This document shows, piece by piece, positions 13,348-27,993 of a DNA stretch of 64,000 bases. How positions within the stretch are numbered: position 1 is the first letter of the stretch; each line of letters starts with the position of its first letter. The notes beneath the pieces were generated by a model. That model was not told where the DNA came from and did not search any database. It saw nothing but the letters and a program-made list of their open reading frames with translations. The stretch spans positions 10,168,001-10,232,000 of the forward strand of contig CP075492.1 of assembly GCA_021613535.1 (NCBI GenBank). The letters run 5' to 3'. The stretch is from Adineta vaga. Its lineage: Eukaryota > Animalia > Rotifera. Position numbers and translations under genes: made by a program.

Positions 13348-16300
13348 ATGAGTAGTAATCTAGCATTACAATGGGACAAATTATTACGACCTGGTATATG
13401 TACTGTAAGAAGAAAAGAAATGAATTCTTTCAAAAAATAAAAATCCATCTTTTTTTACAGTTATTCTATCGAGAATATCCATTAATGGAATTACATGATA
13501 GTGCATGTCAACGAATTCAAGAATTTCTCTATAAAATTCTTTGTTTTCTTCTTCGACAATATCCACATCGAGCTGAACTTGAACAATGGTGAGAATTTAG
13601 TTTTCTTATCTCTGTACTCAATTGCATGAGAACGAACATATTTCTATCAATGTATCAGCTGGTCATGAAAATTGACTTTTATTTTGAAATATAATCCAGA
13701 ACAGATGTTTCAAAGGAAGTTTCACTTTATAAAATTAATTTCTCTAATGTGTTTTTCTTCTATAATATCTGAAAAAGATTAATCAAATAAACGATTATCT
13801 ATGATAAATATGATCCTACTCATAAAGATAACGCTAATTCAACTTCGAATCGTATGAAAAAAACGTTTTTTTTAAATCAGTAACAGATTGACCTATTTGA
13901 ATAAAGCACACGCAAAAGTAATCGATTAAATACTCAATTTCTATTTTCTATTGTTATTAAAATCCTTCTTTCAATAGAAAAGGTCAGAAAACATCAGAAT
14001 GATACATTATCAATCGATAGATCGTTTCTCTTTTTTGTTATTATTCTTACGTCTTCGTCGTCTCGAACTATAAACATTCGTTATTGATATCGTCTTCCGT
14101 TTGTATTTTCTTTTTCCTTAGAAAATAATTATCTCTAAATAGCTAGACAGAAAAAAAAGAGAAGAGAATACATTAGATTGACTTCTTCTTCTTCTAGGTT
14201 ATATATCAACTATCCAGAAGCACAATATGCATTAAATCGGAATAGTCGAAAACGTATTTTCTCTATCGATCAATTACAAACATTAATTCATAAAGTTTGA
14301 ATGAGAAAAAATAATACTTTCCTTTCATTTCTAATTGGTTTTGTTTTTCTTCATCAATAGGAATTTGGATCACATAATGAAATGGATATTAGTTATTTAG
14401 CAACAACATTAGAACATTGTACAAAAGATTTATTAAAGGTGTGTATATGAAGAAAAGGAGCGGAGAAGTGTTTGTTTGTTTTTCTCTGGAATTTCAATGA
14501 TTATTATTTAGCTTGCATATGATTATATCAATCGGTTAGGAAAAAATGAAATTGTAGCGAATGATATTGATTTAATAATGAATGCTGATACGGTAAAAAA
14601 ATAGAGACTTTATTAACTGTTAAAAACTATATCTAATCTTTTCTTTTATCTAAATAGATTTTTGTTGAAATACTTGGTTCAGATTTAAATTATTCTTCAA
14701 AGTCTCCATCATCATCATCATCAACAATAACATCTGCTTATCATATCGATACTTCCATTGCTACAATGTCCTACAATGAATTAATCCGACATTTTATCAT
14801 AACTGAAACACAATACAAAGATGATTTAGAATTATTAATTAAATTATTTCGTAATCCTATTCGAAAATTATTTGACGATTCACCGGAGGTTTGTGAAGAA
14901 TTCGTCTAGAAAAGATTTTGCAAAAGACAAATTTTGTTTTCTTCTTCTAGATGATTGATGATGTTTTTGGTTGTTTAGATGATATTTATGAATTAACTAC
15001 AAAATTCCTCTCAGATTTAGAAGATGCTAAAGAAATGCGAGATGATAATACAAAAAATATTTCTTTATATGAACCATTTCAAAATTTTATTGAGGTACGT
15101 AATTTTTCATCGAAGATTATTAGTAAAGTCAATAAGATGAAGAAAACATTTGCATAACAAATGTTAAATTTAAGGAGAATGAAAGAACAGTTGAGTATGT
15201 TTTCTAGTTCAACATTATTATGTAGAATGAATGTTCAAGTTAAATTGATGTGATTTATTCATGTTCATTGTATTTTCTAGGGTAATGAATATGAATGTTA
15301 TACGAAATATACTCATACAATTCTTGCCAATGATCATAATGATCAATTACAACAATTATTAAGTGACAAAAATGTCAAACAATACTTAGAAGTATGAAAT
15401 ACTTTTGTCCTTAATAGTTATATCTAAACGTCATTCATCTAGTCAAAACCAGATCAAATCAAAGAAACATATCAATTTTTGTTACCTGCATTATTACATC
15501 TACCTATTCATCATTTTCAACAATATCTCATTTATCTTGAAGTAAGTTGATCTGTAGGATATAATATATCGATTGATATGTTTCATTTGTTCAAGAAATT
15601 GGCGTTATTCCCTGAATCGGAATCAGCACAATTGACAGATGTTTTAAGTGTTCTACGACAGAATAGTTATCAAATGAAACGATCAAAATTGAATATGTAT
15701 GATGGATGAGTTGGGATCTATCGAATAAAATGATATCTCTTTTTGATTTTCAGGAATTTGAGTATTCATTCATTTACAATGCCGAAATTAACGGAAAATA
15801 AAACGAATAATTGGAAACAGATTATCGAAAATTGGGATATTAAAGAATCGACATCATTGATGGATAGTCATTTGAAACATATTGTTATACAGAATTCTAA
15901 CATAATAACAAGCGTTGATCGACGCGTAATCTTATTTTCAACTGTTTTATGTTTATGTAAAGCTGTATCGAATGATAAATGGAAATTTAAGGAAAAGATT
16001 TGGTTAAGAAAATTTAATATCAATGATGAAATTCGTATTGCTGGTAAAGTGAAATGAATCATTGACGTTGATAGAAACGACAAACTCGTTTGTATTTAGA
16101 TCATGAACATGTTTTCGAAATACAATGTGATGATAAGAATTATATTTTACAAGCTCGAACTGAACAGGAAAAATATCAATGGTTATGTTTATTAATGTAC
16201 ATACGAAATAAAAGGTTAGTTCAAGAAAATTTCGATTGAATAACATTATCATGCATTGATAATAACTTTCTTTTTCAGTATTCTTCAACGTGAATTATAC

Positions 16301-18505
16301 AATATTCTTGTTAATGAAGATGCACAGCAAATTCTATTAACACCTGATCCATCTCAATACAAGTAATGATTTTGATAGATTTTCTCATTGAATGTACATA
16401 TCGTTTGATACTATTAGATTTTGTGCTCCAAATCTACCAACAAACATTTTAATTGATTATCATACGAATGATAAATCTTCATCTGCACCATCATTTACAA
16501 TTCGTGGAGCGACAATAGAAAAATTAATTGAACATTTAACACATCATCAATTATTACATCCACGTTTTGTTAAATCATTTCTCATGACTTATAAATCGTA
16601 TTGTACACCAATCGAACTTTTAAATCTACTTATTGAACGTTATAATATTCCTGAACCTGCTTCATCGTATTTATACACAGAACAACAATTGAAAAAATTT
16701 CGTAAAGAATATGTTCAACCTGTTAAATTGCGGTAAGATGAAGTTCATTTCGAAATAAAAGATATTTTAAAAAAATTATTATTAATTTAGAGTATTGAAT
16801 GTTATTCGACAATGGGCAGATAAATATTTCAATGATCTTGTTGAATCCAATGATAATATCCTCGATCAATTACGAACTTTTCTACAATCAGTTTCGGATA
16901 CAGGTGGCTTGTATCAATTTAAAACAAGTATTTTGAAATTAATTGATAAACAGGTTTGAATAATTGACATGAAAGATAATAGTTTTGATTATTTTTTCAA
17001 TATAGACAATTGATTATCAAGATTCATCGAAGAAAAATCAACAACAAGATTTAATAAGTAATGAACGAGATCAAATAGAAGATTTTGATGTTTTTCTCGT
17101 AAGTCTTGATAGAATTACACGAAATAGCGAGCGATATTTACAATCATTCTATGTTTTCTTTTAGTACGATATGAAAGATTTATCTGATCAAATTACTTTG
17201 ATATGTTCAAATTATTTTCGTGCTATTACTTCTCAAGAATTACTCTATCGTTTACCAAATTTGTATAATTTACAAAATTATATGAAATTTCTTGATAAAG
17301 TGGTAAGTGAATCAGACTTTTTCTTATCGATTAATCAAAGTGAACATGATTGTAGCTTGGCTTTTGGTGTAAACGATCCATCTTAGAAACATCGAATTTT
17401 GAAGAACGTATTGCAGTTACAGAACGCTTTATTCAAATTGCTATTCGTGCCTATGAAAAGAAAAATTTCGCCGCTGTTTTTGCTCTCATTTTTGGAGGAA
17501 TTATTGATTTAGAGAAATCATTACCACATACATGGGATGTAAGTATAGAAATCATTCATAAAAATGATTGAAAAATCAAATTATTTTTTAGCGATTGAGT
17601 AAACAAAGTCGAACATTTGTGACATTAGTTGATGATATGCTTGGTGAAGATTCACATTTTAAATTATATTTCGAAAAATTACGTCAAAGTCCTTTACCTG
17701 TTGTACCATTTATCGGTAGGAGAAAACTTTCCCATGTGTAGTAAAGATCATCATCTTTATTTCTTTCAGCAAATAATCAAACACGTATTGCCCAAATGAA
17801 AGAAAAACATAATATGATTGTTCTTTCAACAGGTGAAATATTAATTAATTTTCGAAAATTTCAACAAATTGGTGAACATCTATCAGAAATTCAACAATAT
17901 CAAAATATGCCCTATGATATCATACCAAATTATGAAATACAACGAGAATTAAAACGATTAAATCCAATGAAGAATTTTCCAGATGAAAATAGTTTTCAAA
18001 ACTATCTAGTTTCATTGAAAGAACAAATTGAACCTGCTGATTCATCTCCCAAAGTATTTGTAAGTTTTCAAAACGATTTTTTTCATAATCAAATTCATGT
18101 TTTTCTTAGCCAACACGTCGACCGACTAGTACATGGCGTTCACATTCACGTGTATCTCGTCTTTTTATGATTCCATCAGCATCATTTACATCACATGTAC
18201 GAACGTCAAGTCAGTCTGATGAACAACATCGAAAATCTAACTCAGATATTTCATCACGTAACTAAACTCTACATTTCATGTTTTCTCTTCGAGACAATTC
18301 TCGTCTTTTTTTGTGTCTAGATCGACAAGCAAGTTTAGATATCAATACATTAACTTTACATGATACATTCGCTTTTGACAATTCTCTTTGTAAATCAACA
18401 GATGATCTTCAACCGACAATCAATACAACACAACAACCTCCACCTGTACCTCCTCGAGCACCACGTATCTCACAAGGGAATACTAAAAGTTCATCTCCTT
18501 GTTAA
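13348..18505 (+). CDS. SOS: Son-of-sevenless-like Ras/Rac GEF (histone-fold, DH, PH, REM, CDC25, Pro-rich tail), divergent; many exons
   Basis: REM IRGATIEKLIEHLT...FVKSFLMTYKSYC...LKKFRKEYVQPVKLRVLNVIRQW; CDC25 INFRKFQQIGEHLSEIQQYQNMPY; Grb2-binding-type PPPVPPR; domain order matches SOS. Confidence 0.88.
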
Positions 18506-18704
18506 AATACAAATTCATCATCTGTCAGATGTTTTTTTTTTATATACACACATATAAATCTATTGTGCGCGTGTCTTTCATAAATTATTATATGAATCTT
18601 GTTTAACAATGCTGTGGACAATAAATTTGAAAAGAAAAATTAATCAGATCTGAAGTATTTTATCATTCTCCTAGAATTCAATTTATTTACAATTTTTTTT
18701 CTAT

Positions 18705-19716
18705 TTACTTTTCTTCAAGTTTTCTTTGTTTATATAAAGTTTGAATATCATCATTAGCAATTAATTTCTGTAGTTGCTTTAATGTCAATAAATTTTCCAC
18801 GATACTTTTTGTAACAAGACGACAATCTTTGATATCAAAGATATTCAATCGTTTTAGTTTTCGACATAATGAATGAATTGTGTCATCATTGATTTGTGTT
18901 GCACTTAAATATAGTCGACGAAGTGTTCTACTATAAAGAATCAATGTTTCGATCAAATTTGATGTTGATGTTATACGAAAACAACCATTTAGATTGAGTT
19001 CAACTAAATTTGGACAGAGAGGTGGTAAATAACCAATGGATGCTGATCGTAGACAAGCAGAATTTTCAAAAGAAAGTATTTCTAATTGTCGAAATGAAAG
19101 ATTTTGTGTTGGATTTGAAGGATTTTTTGGTAATTGTAAAAATGCTAATGATCCGGATATATCTGTTGGCAACATTTCACATTTGTTTAAATATAGACCT
19201 TGAAGATTAGGTGGTAAATTTGTTATATTATTTACCACTCTTTGATTTCCTTGAAAATCATAATGTGATAAATGTAGATAACGCAGATTTGGATAGGATA
19301 TATGAATTGAAGAACTTATTTGTTCAGTTAATGGTGGTGGTTTACGAGCATTGTTATGAATCAGAGTGCCAGAAATTTTTAATATTTCAGTACATGTACG
19401 AGGAAAACGATGTAAAAATTTCATCAACACTCGATTTGAATAAGGTTTGCAAGTTAAATCAATCGTTGTCCAAAAGTCTGAATCGTGTGCAATAGTTCGA
19501 AACCATTGACAAACTCTATTGAAAAGTTTAGAATAAAAAAATGAATGAATGAAAAGAAATTGTTACTAACCCTGCAACGACGATCAATTCTGGAGTAGTC
19601 AAATATTTAAATATAGTTAAAAGTGTCTCATCCGGCAATTGAAATATAATCCCGTCTTGTGGAATACGTTCTTCTCGAAGTTCTCTTTTTCGTTTGATAC
19701 GAGTATTCAAAGACAT
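18705..19716 (-). CDS. F-box/leucine-rich-repeat protein (2 exons)
   Basis: F-box LPDETLLTIFKYL...VAGVCQWFRTIAHDSDFW followed by LxxLxLxxC-type LRRs. Confidence 0.88.
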
Positions 19717-20080
19717 TGAAAATAAATTTGACAAAAATACTCAAGTAAATTTATCGTACATGAATCTTGTCATTGCTCAATGAATATGAAATGTTATTGA
19801 AATGGCCAATGAAATTAAAGAACAAACCTCTTTGTCATACCATACGATCACACTACCATCTGTTGAATAAAAAGAACAAGAGATAGATGAATAGTCTGTT
19901 ATAGAAAGCCGCTGTATATTAATTCTTTATTCACAAAAAGACTGTATATAACGAGTAAAAACAAATCTACCGCGAGAAAAACTATCAATTGTTAGTTTTA
20001 CATATGATGATATTAGATAAACAGAATGAATTCAAAAATCTATATTGTCTCGTTGATCAGCTGTGTCCAATTTATTTCTG

Positions 20081-20796
20081 TTATTTCTTAACATCAGTAC
20101 CTTGAGCATTCGATTCTTGATAATCAGCTGTAGCTCGTTTATAATGTTCATTGTTTTTCAAATCATTTTTCTGAGGGGCACGATCCTTCATCATTTGGTA
20201 GCCAGCATCTGAAGAATAGAAATAATGTTGAGCTATAAAAATAAATACGTCAATGTCAACTTACAGATAGCGAGAGCAAGAACAGCGGCCATGCCAAATT
20301 GACCCATTGTTGAATTCATAACTGATACTTCATTGTCGAATTCACTAGAAAGTATGATATATTTTAATTGATAAGTATAGAGAAGAAATTCGATAATCAC
20401 TCTGATGATGATGATGAAGTTTTGGATTTTTTTGTCGAGGTAGATGAAGTTTTTTTGTCAGTTTGTTTATTTTTTAAATCAATATTTTCATGATCTAGAG
20501 GTGGCGCATCAGAACTTGTCTTAGTTGGATTAGTATGATCCGATCCAGTTGAACTTTTTGGTAAGACTGAGGAATCACCTTTTTGTGTTCCACCTGTTTG
20601 TGAAACAGTTTTTGTACTGCCTGACATCGGTGCACCCTTCAATAGGGATTTTATTATTTAAGAAAATTGAAAGAGAATGATAACATACTCCGCCTGATGT
20701 AGGAATACTTTGACTGGCCTGTGCACGTGCAACTAGTGAAGGTACATAACGAGAGAATTGAAATAATACTTTTGTACGACAAAAATAGGAAGCCAT
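20081..20796 (-). CDS. Orphan small protein A: presequence-like N-terminus, S/T/K-rich disordered region, one TM segment (4 exons)
   Basis: Spliced: MASYFCRTKVLFQFSRYVPSLVARA...MGQFGMAAVLALAIYAGYQMMKDRAP...QGTDVKK*; all introns GT-AG and in frame; paralogous to the neighbouring gene. Confidence 0.75.
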
Positions 20797-20957
20797 TATT
20801 GAAAAGAAAAATCTGAAAAAGAAAGAAGATCGGAAATCCTAATTCGCTATATATTTGTTGTTAATTTCAAGAGCAAGGATGGAGAAAACAGAAAGATAAG
20901 TTGTTATTTTTTTTTCTATGGAAAAAGTAAAGTTTATGTATTCGGCTAAGATAATGT

Positions 20958-21647
20958 TTAATGTTTCTTGACATCGGTTGATGGATTGACAGTTTCGCGG
21001 GGTTTTTTTGAATGATGTTCTTCGGCAAGTTTATCATGAACATCCGACTGGCCTTGTAAATCTGGTCTGGTAATACGAGCTTGTTTATCGCGAAAATTTG
21101 CTTTCTGATCAGGTGCATTACCAGCTAACATTTTGTATGCAGCATCTAGAAAGAAAAGTCATTTGATCTTTTTTATCTTTATTATGATATATGCATTTAT
21201 TTATATTTACAAATTGATACTGCAACGACAGCTGCAATACCGAATTGACCAATTGGGCTTTTTAAAAGTGATTGATGTCTGAAACGAGAAAAGAATATTA
21301 TCAGAGTGTTGATTTTATGGCAACACATACGACTGATCTGAGCCCCCTTGTGAACGATGGTGGGATTGTTTAGCATCTCCTGTTGTTTTTGTTGGATTGG
21401 TTTTGTCATCAGCTGTTTGTGCACCAGGTAACATATTGGCACTGCTACCACCACCGATACCTGTTCTTGATGAACCTGATGGACCATCGGTAGCAATAAA
21501 TTGACCAGAACCAGACACTATATGATGACCACCTTTAGTATCGGGTACTTTCACTGATGAACCTGGTGGTAAATTATGTGCATTCATACGTGAAACATAA
21601 AGAATATTTGATGTTGCACGAGGTACAAGACGACAAAGGTGCGACAT
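20958..21647 (-). CDS. Orphan small protein B, paralogue of protein A (3 exons)
   Basis: Spliced: MSHLCRLVPRATSNILYVSRM...IGQFGIAAVVAVSIYAAYKMLAGNAP...PSTDVKKH*; shares the phase-1 intron in the TM Tyr codon with gene A. Confidence 0.75.
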
Positions 21648-22538
21648 TGTATTTAGAAAAGATTAAATATCTGAAAGAATAGAGACACGCCTATATTATA
21701 TTTGATTTGTAAATAGTATCAAGTTCATCAATCGTATAGTAATCTAAATTGAATACGATTGTTGTCCAATTCAACATTTATTTTTCGATTTGTTTTAACA
21801 ATCTCATAGAACCAACAGATTTAGATTTCTCCAGCTAATCAGACGTTTTTCGAGACTTTAGATAAACTTATTTTTTGATTATATTGCATAATCGATTATC
21901 TATGATCTAGATATAGTATCGTAAATATCTAAATAAGACAAAACAATGAAAGTACTGGATACGAACTCGATATGAAAAATAAGAAAAATATGTAATGAAC
22001 TTTCAATAAATTTCTATTGGTTAATCGACGCCATTAAATATATCCAGTAAATCTCTTCGAGAAGATGTGTTTTTTCATTAAAAACAATTCAATTCAAAAA
22101 ATTTTTATCATCATTCATGAACTTCAATGATAATATATGAAAAATCAATAAAAATACGTAAATACATTTCTTCACATTGATACTAGCGACAATGGATGGC
22201 GCATGTGTATTGTCTTCCTTTTAATCTGGAATCCTGGTACCATTTATGATGTAGGAATATTTAGAAAATGTTCTTTCTAATCCTGGAGATATAGGTATAG
22301 TCAAATGCTAATCTTTTCTTTGTTGATCATCTCAACAATCAAGCAATGTTCTTAAAATTATTTCGTAAAAGTAAAGCATATTTTAATAGTTCAAAGTCAT
22401 TGATAGAGATAATTAAATCTTTTTTTCATATCAAGTGCAATGATCTGCAGTTGAGCGCACATAAACAATTACTTTTTATTTATAAATTTCAAAAGAAAAA
22501 AGAAGGAAAAGAAAAAGAATCAATTTGCCATTTATTTC

Positions 22539-25500
22539 CTACAGCATCATATCTTCACCTTGATTCGAATTGGAATTTAAACTATCGTCATCATCAAATG
22601 TATATTTTTTAAATCTTAGTTTTTGTTTGTCATTATTTGAACAATTATTTGTATCACGTGTTGAACCAATAGATGGTAATCTCGGCTTTGTTTTGGCACT
22701 ATTTGGTATTAATTTAAATGAGACACTTTTACTTGCAACAGATGAGGGTGACAATTGATCAGCTTCGTTATTTACAATAGATTTTAATACAACATCATTA
22801 TTTGTTCCATCTAGTAATGGAACATTTGTTGTCATTGGAATATGTGATGTAAATTTGAAACTACTAGCTTGAGCTTTTAATTGATTTGCTAATCGCATAT
22901 TTTTTTCCGGATGAATGAGAATAATATAAACTTTGGGCGAAAATAGACAAAATAATGCGACTGTTGCGCATAAAGATATTGCTACACAAAGTGTAGTGAT
23001 GTGTACCTTAGAGAAAAATGAATAAAATACTTTTTTTTTCGCTCGATAAAAATCTTTTACTTGATGACGACCAGTTTCATCAGCTGTGAAATAAATTGGA
23101 AGAAATGCTAACCTAGAATAGAAAAAGATATATATATATAAATAACATTTGTTCTTTTATTAGAAGAAAAACGGTTCAACAAACCAGATAATGCACGTAG
23201 TATAACAGGTAAAGCCAATAAATTTTGTTTCATTGAAATTTTCTGGTACTTTTCGTGTACTTATTGCATACATTGTACATATAAGTACAAGTAAAACATT
23301 ATAAGTTAATGAAAATAGAAAAGAATGTTTATGCATATGACATTTAAGTATAATCAATCGATTATGAATTACTGAATCGACAAATGGTCGTTCATATGCA
23401 AGCCAAAGGAGAAAGTAATAGTTGAATTGTTATTAAACATGAACAAATAGCAACTTGAGAATGAGGAGATATATATTGAGGTCGTAATCGACCTAAAAAA
23501 TCAAAATATAGATTTTCATTTCTTTCCATTGAAAACATTCTATTACCTTGTTTTTTTGTACTGGAAAATATTCTTGCAATACGATTTGTTTTTGTTAGTA
23601 ATGCAGCATACATCATGGAAAATCCTAAACCAATGCCTAAACGTTGTATAACACATGTAATTATATGTGGTTTGAATAGAAATGGAAATGTCATGGTATA
23701 ACAGAGGTGAATACCTCCTAACATAATAAAACAAAGTTCTTTGCCACTAGCTTTGACAATAGGTGTTTCTCGTTTTCGATAGAATATTATCACTACAAAT
23801 AGTGTAAGAATATTGCCAATAAGTGATAAACTAATTGGAACAAGTGCTTGTACTGAAAGAATTTCAATATAAGTTTCTTCAAGTTGATAACATGATGTTC
23901 GATTTGCTGTTGGCCAAAATTTAACGGGACATGGTTCACAACGTTCATTTTCATCTGCACTAATCACAATCGATGTTTCATTACAAGGTGTACATACCCA
24001 ACAACAAGAATCACCTTGAAATTGTTTTACTTCACCGACACGACATGGTTCTGAACATCGTGAAATAGGAATCGTTGCTGATGAAGATGTATTATGTATG
24101 TTTGAACCAGGCCAAACAATTGAATCAATATCTAAATTCAGTTGTCCATGTTCATTTCGTCCCACTTTCCAGCGCCTACGGAATAATATTCATATGGTGA
24201 AACATTCGTATCGACAGATGTAACATTTGAACGACGATAATTATATATACGGTAATGTCCAGGGACAAAACGTTCCGAATTGAATTGTATTTGTCGAAAG
24301 TCAGGCACTAGAAAAAGAGGAAATCGAATACTAATGAGATTTTTCTCAACTAATGCATGTATCATGAAATCTTTTCTGAAATTGATCTGACAGTTATTTA
24401 ACGAAGTATCAAACTTACTTGAAAATGGTTGTTCAAGAATTAATCGAAATAATTTTGTTCCATTTATACCATTCAAAGATGCATTTCCACATGATAATGT
24501 TGTACAATTAAAATATGCATGTAATGCATGTGCAAAAACATAGGTTGCATCAACAATAAATTGTAATTTACTATCCCAATTTGTTTCATTCAATCGGTGA
24601 TTACGACATTCAATTGAATTTACCAGACTACAGCCAAAACGATTTTCCCAGAATTCATTAAACCATGGATTTCGTGATGAAATCGTTTTTTTCTGTCGAT
24701 TATCTTCTTTTTCTATATTATTTATCTGTGTTAGATCAGGTTTAAGAGCATTAAAATATCGATCGAAATTAACTGGTTGAATAGAAATCAATTCTAATGT
24801 CAACGCTCCAACAGCAATTTCATCTGTATCAGCAGGAACGACAACGGATGATTCTTTTCCCTATATATTTTTCAAAATAAAAATAAACAGAAAGATATAC
24901 TTTTTTTTCTTGTCTTTTACCCAAGCATCACTGGCAATGAGAACAGGTCGATGTGTAACATTGATTGATTTAACTGCTTGTAATAATTTCTTTGCATCTT
25001 CTTTCGTTACAAATAGAACGTAAACACGTACTTGAACATCGGATTTAACTCGATCAATCATTGTTTGTAAAATCGTACGAATTTCATGAATAGATGCATC
25101 ACGTTTCAAACGTTGTTCATCAGCAATGCAAATTCGTTGTTGTTTTTTCTTATGTAAATAAATATCATTTTCCTTCTTTTCATCTGCAATAACATTTGTT
25201 ACTTTTAATAAACGTTTAAATTCTCGAAAACCACCTTCACCATAATCACCATGTGAATAAATTGTATTCACATAGGTAAAATTTAGATGTTGTAAAATAT
25301 CCACAATGGCACGAGCTTGATTCGAATCGGACGGGACAGTGCGTGCAAAATAATCAAATGATGATTCACTCAATTTAGGTGTTGTCGATGCATATGATAT
25401 TTGTGGTAATTGAAATAAACGTAATAAATTAGCAACGTGCACACTTACTGAACTTAATGTTGCACCAACAACACCGAAAACATTATCATTGTGAAATGCT

Positions 25501-25877
25501 TCTGATGTTGACGTATTTACACATGTACATGTACCTGATGCTAAACGACTACGAACAAATCGAAGCGATTGTTCTAATGCATAATTATCATCCGAACATG
25601 TATCTAATATTAGTGCACCTAATGTAATACCAGGTAGAAGATGTTTATCATTATTAATTTGTTCAATTGCAAATAACATAGCTTCTAAACGTTGTATACC
25701 ACGAAATTCACTGATAGCTCCACATGTTTCTCGTGGATTTCCATAGTCATGAACAGGAAATAATCCACCTAAAGTAACATCACCTACTCGATGTCCATAT
25801 CGTTCTGTTACTGCAAATGTTTGATGAAAGGATAATAGAAGACAGAAGAAAATCAATTGAAAACAATAATCAAACAT
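22539..25877 (-). CDS. Metabotropic glutamate receptor (class C GPCR), with two apparent frameshifts in this sequence
   Basis: Signal peptide; LGGLFPVH, GIQRLEAMLFAIEQIN, QISYAST, GDYGE, SDAW, SKLQF; cysteine-rich CCWVC domain; 7TM with VKASGKEL, KTNRIARIF, PENFNETKFIGF. Confidence 0.92.
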
Positions 25878-27567
25878 TGTAAATGTCTTTCCAAAGCTAG
25901 ACGAGAGAAAAAATGAAATTAAAAAAAGATCACGGACAAGAAGAATATGAGAAAGAAAAAAGATGCGAGCGATGTTTTAGATGAGAAAGTTTTTTTTTTA
26001 TTATTTTATTTCCATAAGTTCTTTGTCGGCATCTTTCTTACGCATTTTGTAATTTAATCTATTTGATAAAAACAACAAAAAAGAGAAGAGAAAGTTTTCT
26101 TCGCCCTTCTCTCTACTATCATCGCTACATTCTCTACGTTTACTCCCTTCCTTACTCGATTCCAGTCGTCTCCTCCTTTCTCCTCGCTAATTACCAGCTT
26201 TTCTCTCTCTCTCTCTCTTGTGACATCTTTTCATGATTATGTCGGACGATTCATTAAATTTCAGCAGTATTTTCCTTGAAAATTTTCTTGAGATACCAGC
26301 TATATAATTATCTATTGCCTATTGCTTGACTGAACTATCATTGAAAATCACTGTTGATAAAGAATACAATTGACATGTTATTTGTTCACTAAACTCATTG
26401 TCAAACATATTAGAGGAGAAAAAAAAACATCGAACCAAATTTTTTATTTCATCATATTGATGTCTTTACTGCTCATCGTTTTTTGATTATTACAATGGCA
26501 GAAAAAAAGCAAATTTCGTTAGTTCCATCCTAAACAGAGCGAACAACATGCTCGTCTTATTCTTTATATCCATATAACTTTTTCGAGTATCGGCTTTTAC
26601 TTGTCATCGTATTTACTCGAAGAGATTTTCTATCACAGCAACAACAACAAAAGAGGAAGAAGAAGAAGAAGAAAAATGAGATATACGATGATCGAAAGAA
26701 AAAAAATACTAAACATGTCTATCAATGATGATTAGAAATGATGACACAGAACTCAATGAGTTATTGACAGTTGATAATTATAGTCGTATACTTGTATCGT
26801 TCTAAGTGGTTAATAAACTTTCTAAATATATGATTATTTGTCATACTAACTCATTAGACTTCTCGGATGTGAGCTATTTTGTCGTTTTCTATAAAGAAAA
26901 GTTTGATAAAAACTTCTTCTTCTTCTTCTTTTTTCGCAATTATATCGTTCAGGTTACACTATTATGAATTAGAACAATGAACTGTAATATGAATAAGAAG
27001 AAAAAGGAAATTGTAATTTTTATTTGTACATATGTTTGCATCCAGAAACTTCATTAAGTCTTCAAATACATTTCTCTCTTTCTTACAAGAGAGATAACAT
27101 TGTTTAAATAAACAATCAATAAAATATGTAACAGCAAGTGTGTATTCAAGATCAAATTACATTCATGGTCTACCTCATTCAACATTCGATCTAATTCAAT
27201 ATCTTTGCATGTCGTCTAGATCCTATCCAATGTCAAAGCATTAGAAAATAATACTTTGTAGCGTAATAATATTTTATAAAAGTAATGAAACTGGAAATCA
27301 TGACGAAATCATCTCACGCATCATAGAAAATATTATCAACATGCATGTATTTGATGCGTGGAAAAGTTACTATATAATTTCTTCTTGCTTTAGAACTAGT
27401 TTTTATTTAAGGTTGACTCATCTGATTAGCATTTGCTTTTGATATTATTTACGCTGCGCTTATCTTGTAGTCTAATCTATAATTTTGACCGTGTGGAACA
27501 TTATAATAATCAGTAATATTCTGACAGTTCGATGATTAGATGAAAAAAAGAAAGGAATTTTGTTCTT

Positions 27568-27993
27568 TTAAAAAAGTTTTCGTGTTTGTTTTGCTTGTAG
27601 AAATTGATCGATTTGATGGATATCTAACAATGAACGTATTCGATTGGATGATTTCTGATAGAGATCAAGAAGATCACTTTTAATTGCATATGGTCTTAGA
27701 CGTTTTTCTTCAAAAACACGATCAATATCGATTGTTTTCAGTTTCTTTTTCTTGTTAAATATCGTTGGTCGATCGATTATCGTTGTGAATTTCTTATTTT
27801 GTCGTCGAAATTTACGTTCATCTCGAGTTTGTTGAATTGCTAATCGAAATAATTTGTGTGCAATATCATTCACTAATGTTTCATTCGGATCAATTGAAAG
27901 AGTTGATTGTGAATCTGAATCTGAATTGTCTATTGTTGATTTTTTCGTTTTTAATGAACGAGATGATTGTAATTTTGTATGTCGTTTGTTCAT
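27568..27993 (-). CDS. Uncharacterised basic protein
   Basis: 141-aa ATG-initiated ORF with protein-like composition; no family recognised. Confidence 0.5.
   Translation of the reverse strand: MNKRHTKLQSSRSLKTKKSTIDNSDSDSQSTLSIDPNETLVNDIAHKLFRLAIQQTRDERKFRRQNKKFTTIIDRPTIFNKKKKLKTIDIDRVFEEKRLRPYAIKSDLLDLYQKSSNRIRSLLDIHQIDQFLQAKQTRKLF

Noticed and set aside
25900-27500. Long gene-free stretch with CT and GAA microsatellites
   Set aside because: Consistent with the upstream regulatory region of the mGluR; no ORF or RNA structure supported.
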